DNA of 32,000 nucleotides from Candidatus Hermodarchaeota archaeon (lineage in GTDB: Archaea > Asgardarchaeota > Heimdallarchaeia > Hodarchaeales > Hodarchaeaceae): NCBI GenBank assembly GCA_048886185.1, contig JBHLKY010000007.1, forward strand, positions 150,001 to 182,000. Reading direction: 5' to 3'. Within the stretch, counting starts at the first letter, position 1. Each line of letters opens with the position of its first letter. Below are positions 27,537-32,000 of the stretch, piece by piece. The position numbers were made by a program, and so were the translations under genes. Below the pieces are notes generated by a model. The model did no database searches. It was not told where the DNA came from and was given only the letters and a program-made list of their open reading frames with translations.

Positions 27537-29134
27537 TTTCGTTCCGAAACACTCGTTGGTTACCAATCGCTAAAACCGAATATCGTGTAACAACGAGTCG
27601 AATTCGTGAAATTAGGCCTTATCTTCCCTATATATTAATTGGAGGATTGGCTATTTATACCTTTTTCATAGCTCCTTATATCATTGATATGTTTGTCGAT
27701 GAATTACACGAGTTATTGCTTTCAGCTGTAGCTGTAGCTCTTATCGATGTGTTCTTTTTCGTATTTTTTGTAATGTTTGCGTCTTTTCCAATCGCGTCAA
27801 CTTTACAGGATATTAAAACAGAACATATTGAGATCTATCTTTCTTCTCCTGTCCTATCTAGTGATATTTTGATTGGTGAATTCTTGGGAAAAATCCCCTT
27901 TTATGCTGCCTTTGCAGCGATCATTGGTGGTACTTTTACCGCGGCATTGTTCCCCCTTGGTTTAGACATCTTCCAGATTTTCATTATTCTTGTAGTTTTT
28001 ATAATCCTCTTCCTAACAGCTACTTGGGTTGGAAACCTAATAGCTGCGCTATTACGATCAATTTTAATGAAATCAGCTCGAGGAAGAGATATTGGTAAAG
28101 GTTTAGCAATAATCGTAATCTTACCATTAGTTGCTGTAATATATCTATTAATTGGTGGATATTATGAAGTTCTTAAAAATCCTGAAAACGCAAAGCTTGT
28201 CCAGGATCTGTTCGGATTCTTTCCATGGGGATGGGGATCAGAGACCATCGTAGCTCTTGCCCAGAATCCTGGAAATATCTTGGATATTGAATTCACAACA
28301 ATCATACAATTCAGCACATTAGTAACCTTCTTCTGTGCTTCTCTTTTGATAGGTGGATTTTTAGCCAATCGTTTATACAATCTTGAACCAACTTCTTTTT
28401 CCGCCTCTAAATCAAAATCAGACAGTTTCTTCTATAACTCTATCACAAAGCTCGGTGGTGGTGGATCATCAGGCCTTCTTCTTTCATTAGGGTTTAAGAC
28501 CTATTTTCGGAAAGCAAAAAACGTTGCGTGGATAATCTATTGCGTGGGTTTAATTGTTGTAATGAATATCTTCCTAACACAGCCTGATGATCCAGAGAGT
28601 GCCTTTGTTATGTCTTTATTTATAGGCCCTCTTTTAGCGGCTTTCGTTACTTCTGATATCAGTCTACAGGGAAAAGAAAACCTCTTACTCTATAAGCAAA
28701 CCCCTACGATGACAAGAAAATATTTGAGGATTAAACTGTTTCAATATCTATTAATAATTCTACCAATCGTATTAATTGTTGAAACTACTGTCAACTTACT
28801 TGTTCCAGAAATAACATTGGATATACTGTTTCTTAATGTTATCTTGACACTCCTCATTGCCACAGCAGCTATTACTTTTACGTTTGGTTTATTTCTAGTA
28901 AATCCCGCATTTCATGACAAAAGTGGTGAATTCATGATTAATATCCAAATTTGTGTTTTTGGAGTCATGATTCCATTCTTTATTTTGATGATTTTCTTGG
29001 ATCCGATTCTGTGGGATGTATTTGCCATCGCAGATGCACTCTATCCTGTGGCAGTAATTTATTCTGCTTTACAACTGATCTTTGGTATAATCATGGTCTC
29101 GCTAGGAGCAAGAAAACTCAATTCCATGGAGTAA
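27533..29134 (+). CDS. Large ABC exporter permease (multi-TM)
   Basis: Two hydrophobic halves; GGAGGA precedes TTG 27533, which overlaps the ATPase stop (preferred over 27518). Confidence 0.78.
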   Translation: MISFRNTRWLPIAKTEYRVTTSRIREIRPYLPYILIGGLAIYTFFIAPYIIDMFVDELHELLLSAVAVALIDVFFFVFFVMFASFPIASTLQDIKTEHIEIYLSSPVLSSDILIGEFLGKIPFYAAFAAIIGGTFTAALFPLGLDIFQIFIILVVFIILFLTATWVGNLIAALLRSILMKSARGRDIGKGLAIIVILPLVAVIYLLIGGYYEVLKNPENAKLVQDLFGFFPWGWGSETIVALAQNPGNILDIEFTTIIQFSTLVTFFCASLLIGGFLANRLYNLEPTSFSASKSKSDSFFYNSITKLGGGGSSGLLLSLGFKTYFRKAKNVAWIIYCVGLIVVMNIFLTQPDDPESAFVMSLFIGPLLAAFVTSDISLQGKENLLLYKQTPTMTRKYLRIKLFQYLLIILPIVLIVETTVNLLVPEITLDILFLNVILTLLIATAAITFTFGLFLVNPAFHDKSGEFMINIQICVFGVMIPFFILMIFLDPILWDVFAIADALYPVAVIYSALQLIFGIIMVSLGARKLNSME

Positions 29135-29173
29135 AGGTATCTCTCTCTCTTCTTTTTTATTTTTTATTATATT

Positions 29174-30118
29174 ATGGTGAAAAACATGAATAAAACATTA
29201 AGAATAATCCTGATTGGTTTTTTTATTTGCACATTTATTGGAAATATAATTCTTTGGGTGTACTTTGATTCAATGCGTTCTTCTTACAACCAAGGAATGT
29301 CTATCAGAGGCGCTGATGTTGTTTTCTTTGTCGCAGACGGATTTTCTGAGAGCGATCTTCTAGGAGTAAAAGAATTTCTAGATCAATGGCATGGGAAAGT
29401 AACCATTGCAGGATTGTCTGAAGAACAGACAACTAGTGAGGGTTCATTAGTCACTGGTATCCTTATATCAGACATAGATGAGATAACTCTATACGACGCG
29501 ATAGTTATCCCTGGAGGAGAATCAGCACTAGCACTTAACGTAAATCAGGATGTGGCAAGTCTTCTTCATGATGCGGATGATCAAGGACTAGTGGTTGCAG
29601 GAATAGGGATCGGAACACTTGTTCAAGCAAAAGCTGGTTTAATTACTGGGAAAAAGTTTACTTGTGATAGTTCCATAGTTACTAATCTGACTGCTGCAGG
29701 TGGTTTTTATGTTAATGGGGCCGCAGTAGTGACTGATGGCACTATCATTACTGCATTTCCTCCAAATTATGAGGAGATATCCTATGCTATTGCTAATGCA
29801 CTGGGTTACTCCTATACTCTTGTTGTTGATATTTCATTTGAAAAGGAAGATGATGGATGGAATTATTCATTAGTTCTTAACCCCTCTGACAAACATATAG
29901 TTGATAGTATCGATATTAACCTTTCCAAAAAGGAAACAACTGGTGAAAAAACACTTATCAATTCTTACAACTTGATGAAAGAAAAAAATGGTGGATTTTC
30001 TATAAATCTCGGAATATTAGCCAATGGTTACTATATTGTGGACATTAAGAGTGTGAGTATCTACGGGAAGATAGAAGTTCGAACTAATGTTAAGGAATTT
30101 TCTGTTGGCAGCAATTAG
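29174..30118 (+). CDS. Membrane-anchored DJ-1/PfpI-fold protein lacking the catalytic Cys, with a C-terminal beta-rich domain
   Basis: N-terminal TM helix; ADGFSESD, YDAIVIPGG and VVTDGTIITA. The nucleophile elbow reads AGIGIG instead of AICxG. Confidence 0.8.
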   Translation: MVKNMNKTLRIILIGFFICTFIGNIILWVYFDSMRSSYNQGMSIRGADVVFFVADGFSESDLLGVKEFLDQWHGKVTIAGLSEEQTTSEGSLVTGILISDIDEITLYDAIVIPGGESALALNVNQDVASLLHDADDQGLVVAGIGIGTLVQAKAGLITGKKFTCDSSIVTNLTAAGGFYVNGAAVVTDGTIITAFPPNYEEISYAIANALGYSYTLVVDISFEKEDDGWNYSLVLNPSDKHIVDSIDINLSKKETTGEKTLINSYNLMKEKNGGFSINLGILANGYYIVDIKSVSIYGKIEVRTNVKEFSVGSN

Positions 30119-30261
30119 TCGTATCTATCCACTTAATCTTCTCTTCTTTTTAAAATTAGGGACTCCCCAGCTTTATTAAACATATTAACTACTATAATTA
30201 GAGACTTTCTCTTTGATTCAGACTAATGTATGAATAAAAAAGCAAGAATTTTTGACAAAAA

Positions 30262-30960
30262 TCATAATTCTTGAATATTATGTTGGAGTGTTTGAAAAAG
30301 CTCATTTAGAAGCTGAACATATGTAGGATGGATAGAATTAACACATTTTAGAAATTCATACAACAATCCCATGCTTAATCTCTTTTCATCAATAATTTCT
30401 TCGTGTACCAATAACCATTTCCCAAAGATTCTAAAGAAATGTTCATCTGAATCAATATAACGTTTTGGAATCTCTGGATAATTATCAGGGAGTTTAAAAC
30501 CAATAATGTCAGCGAATTTCTGAAATTCCTCGAATTGTTCTTTATAGTTTTCAATGCTGTCATCACTGCTAGTAATAAAAAGATTCCTTGCAGTTCGACC
30601 GAAATACTTTGTTTTATTGCGTCTATAAGGGCCTTCGTGCAAAATAGCAACTAGTTTGATTAATCCAAGTTCAACAAGGACATCTAAGTGAAAATAGAGA
30701 GTGGATTTACTCAATTTTATATCTTTCATTAATCCTCTTTTAATTTCAGAAACATTCAGAGCACGACGTACCTGAAAATTTCCATCAGGTGATTCCTCGT
30801 CTATTCCTTTCCTTAATAGTCTTATTATGTCTCTTCTAACAGGATGAGAGTAATATTTTTCCTTTGAAACATTAACAAACTTAGATGCTGGTAGATTCTT
30901 CCAATATTCAAAGAGTTTTTGACGATCTTTTGTCATTAGTTGTCTTTCCACTGCTTTCAT
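30262..30960 (-). CDS. Winged-helix (ArsR-like) transcriptional regulator with C-terminal extension
   Basis: SHPVRRDIIRLL...LSKSTLYFHLDVLVELGLI...KTKYFGRTA; divergent from the AKR gene. Confidence 0.85.
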   Translation of the reverse strand: MKAVERQLMTKDRQKLFEYWKNLPASKFVNVSKEKYYSHPVRRDIIRLLRKGIDEESPDGNFQVRRALNVSEIKRGLMKDIKLSKSTLYFHLDVLVELGLIKLVAILHEGPYRRNKTKYFGRTARNLFITSSDDSIENYKEQFEEFQKFADIIGFKLPDNYPEIPKRYIDSDEHFFRIFGKWLLVHEEIIDEKRLSMGLLYEFLKCVNSIHPTYVQLLNELFQTLQHNIQEL

Positions 30961-31050
30961 ACAGATAGTACTTTATTATTTATCAGTGTTTATTTCATTT
31001 TTGATTATTTTGTCATAAAGGAAAGATATTTAGACCTCGGGACTTCTCAT

Positions 31051-31101
31051 TACGTTTCGATATGATTCGAATTGTCACGATTCGAACTTAGTCGAAACGT
31101 A
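31051..31101. promoter_or_regulatory. Symmetric element with four TCGA cores: 10-bp terminal inverted repeat plus two internal GATTCGAA copies
   Basis: TACGTTTCGA at 31051-31060 and TCGAAACGTA at 31092-31101; GATTCGAA at 31064-31071 and 31079-31086; located between the divergent regulator and AKR genes. Confidence 0.65.
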
Positions 31102-31146
31102 TCCAAAAGCATCTATTATGATACTACAAATAGAAGATGTGATAGA

Positions 31147-32000
31147 ATGAAATACAAACTATTGGGAAAAAGCGGATTAAGAGTTTCAGAACTTAGTTTA
31201 GGAACAATGACCTTTGGAGAAGATTGGGGATGGGGGAGTTCAAAAGAAGTAGCAAAACAAGTTTTTCAGAAATTTTCTGATAAGGGTGGAAATTTCATTG
31301 ATACTGCCTGTAATTATACCAAAGGAACAAGTGAGAGATTTATTGGAGAATTCAGTGAAGGCGATCGTGATCGTTATGTAATTGCTACCAAATACACTTT
31401 ACACGATTATCGCTGGAAAAAAGATCCTAATGCAGGGGGAAATCATCGTAAAAACCTACTCCGAACTGTTAAAGAAAGTTTAGAAAGACTTCGGACTGAT
31501 TATATTGATTTACTTTACTTACATATGTGGGATTATACCACACCAGTTCATGAGGTCATACGAACACTAGACGACTTAATTAGTTCTTCTAAAGTTAATT
31601 ATATTGGTATATCAGATACCCCTGCATGGATAGTCTCTCGTGCTAATACTATGGCGGAAATAAGAGGATTAAATCCTTTTATAGCTTTTCAATTTCCATA
31701 TAATCTTTCTTTTCGAGACCCAGAGAGAGATATCATCCCTATGTGTAATAAATTAGATTTAGCTATGACTACTTGGGCACCTTTAGGTGCTGGTTTATAT
31801 ACAGGAAAATATACAAGAAAAAATCAGACTCCAGGAAGATTAACGGAGGGAAAATGGGGTGTTCCTTCAGAAGACAGATTGAAAATTGCTGCAGAAGTAG
31901 ATAAAATCGCTGATGAAATAGGATGTTCCTCAGCTAATGTTGCTCTCAATTGGATAAGAAAACAGGATGGATTATTTATCCCTATATTTGGGGTAACTTC
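31147..32000 (+). CDS. Aldo/keto reductase (3'-truncated by the window end), not in the ORF track
   Basis: MKYKLLGKSGLRVSELSLGTMTFG; catalytic tetrad in FIDTA (D), NYTKG (Y), ATKY (K) and LYLHMW (H); the frame is open to the window end. Confidence 0.95.
   Translation, partial: MKYKLLGKSGLRVSELSLGTMTFGEDWGWGSSKEVAKQVFQKFSDKGGNFIDTACNYTKGTSERFIGEFSEGDRDRYVIATKYTLHDYRWKKDPNAGGNHRKNLLRTVKESLERLRTDYIDLLYLHMWDYTTPVHEVIRTLDDLISSSKVNYIGISDTPAWIVSRANTMAEIRGLNPFIAFQFPYNLSFRDPERDIIPMCNKLDLAMTTWAPLGAGLYTGKYTRKNQTPGRLTEGKWGVPSEDRLKIAAEVDKIADEIGCSSANVALNWIRKQDGLFIPIFGVT

Noticed and set aside
12-30650. Short overlapping or antisense ORFs in the track (e.g. 12..200, 1611..1823, 2046..2411, 14794..15087, 16672..17004, 23123..23386, 28162..28380, 30375..30650)
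   Set aside because: They lie within or opposite well-supported genes and show no motifs; treated as shadow ORFs.
31051-31101. TCGA cores as targets of the local methyltransferase (epigenetic switch)
   Set aside because: Nothing in the sequence indicates the enzyme's specificity; this would need a methylome.
1-32000. Mobile element, prophage, tRNA or rRNA
   Set aside because: No transposase, integrase, capsid, terminal repeats or structured RNA gene was recognised by eye; covariance-model searches were not run.

Overview
AT-rich, gene-dense archaeal chromosomal segment, inferred to be from an Asgard archaeon (Heimdallarchaeia/Hodarchaeales-like). The inference rests on a stand-alone gelsolin-domain gene, archaeal TATA/GGTGA-type signals, an archaeosortase-family gene and many winged-helix regulators; no taxonomic marker gene is present. 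Content is mixed housekeeping and accessory: nitroreductase (partial), a polytopic membrane-EEP protein resembling eukaryotic CWH43/PGAP2IP, amidinotransferase, HIT, an orphan beta-class DNA methyltransferase whose N-terminus lies upstream of any canonical start codon, Nudix, OYE, prenol kinase, YyaL/SPATA20, two ABC exporters, OPT transporter, ComD/E-like decarboxylase, a DJ-1-like protein, an aldo-keto reductase (partial) and six regulators. Strongest features missed by the ORF track: two tandem 33-aa single-TM microprotein genes with an identical RFLKRITS tail encoded by synonymously diverged codons, downstream of a regulator/PH-domain gene pair; an FG-GAP repeat remnant; a Zn-ribbon gene with an early in-frame TGA; and four candidate operators. 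No rRNA, tRNA, CRISPR array or IS element was recognised. Family calls are from motif recognition, not database searches.
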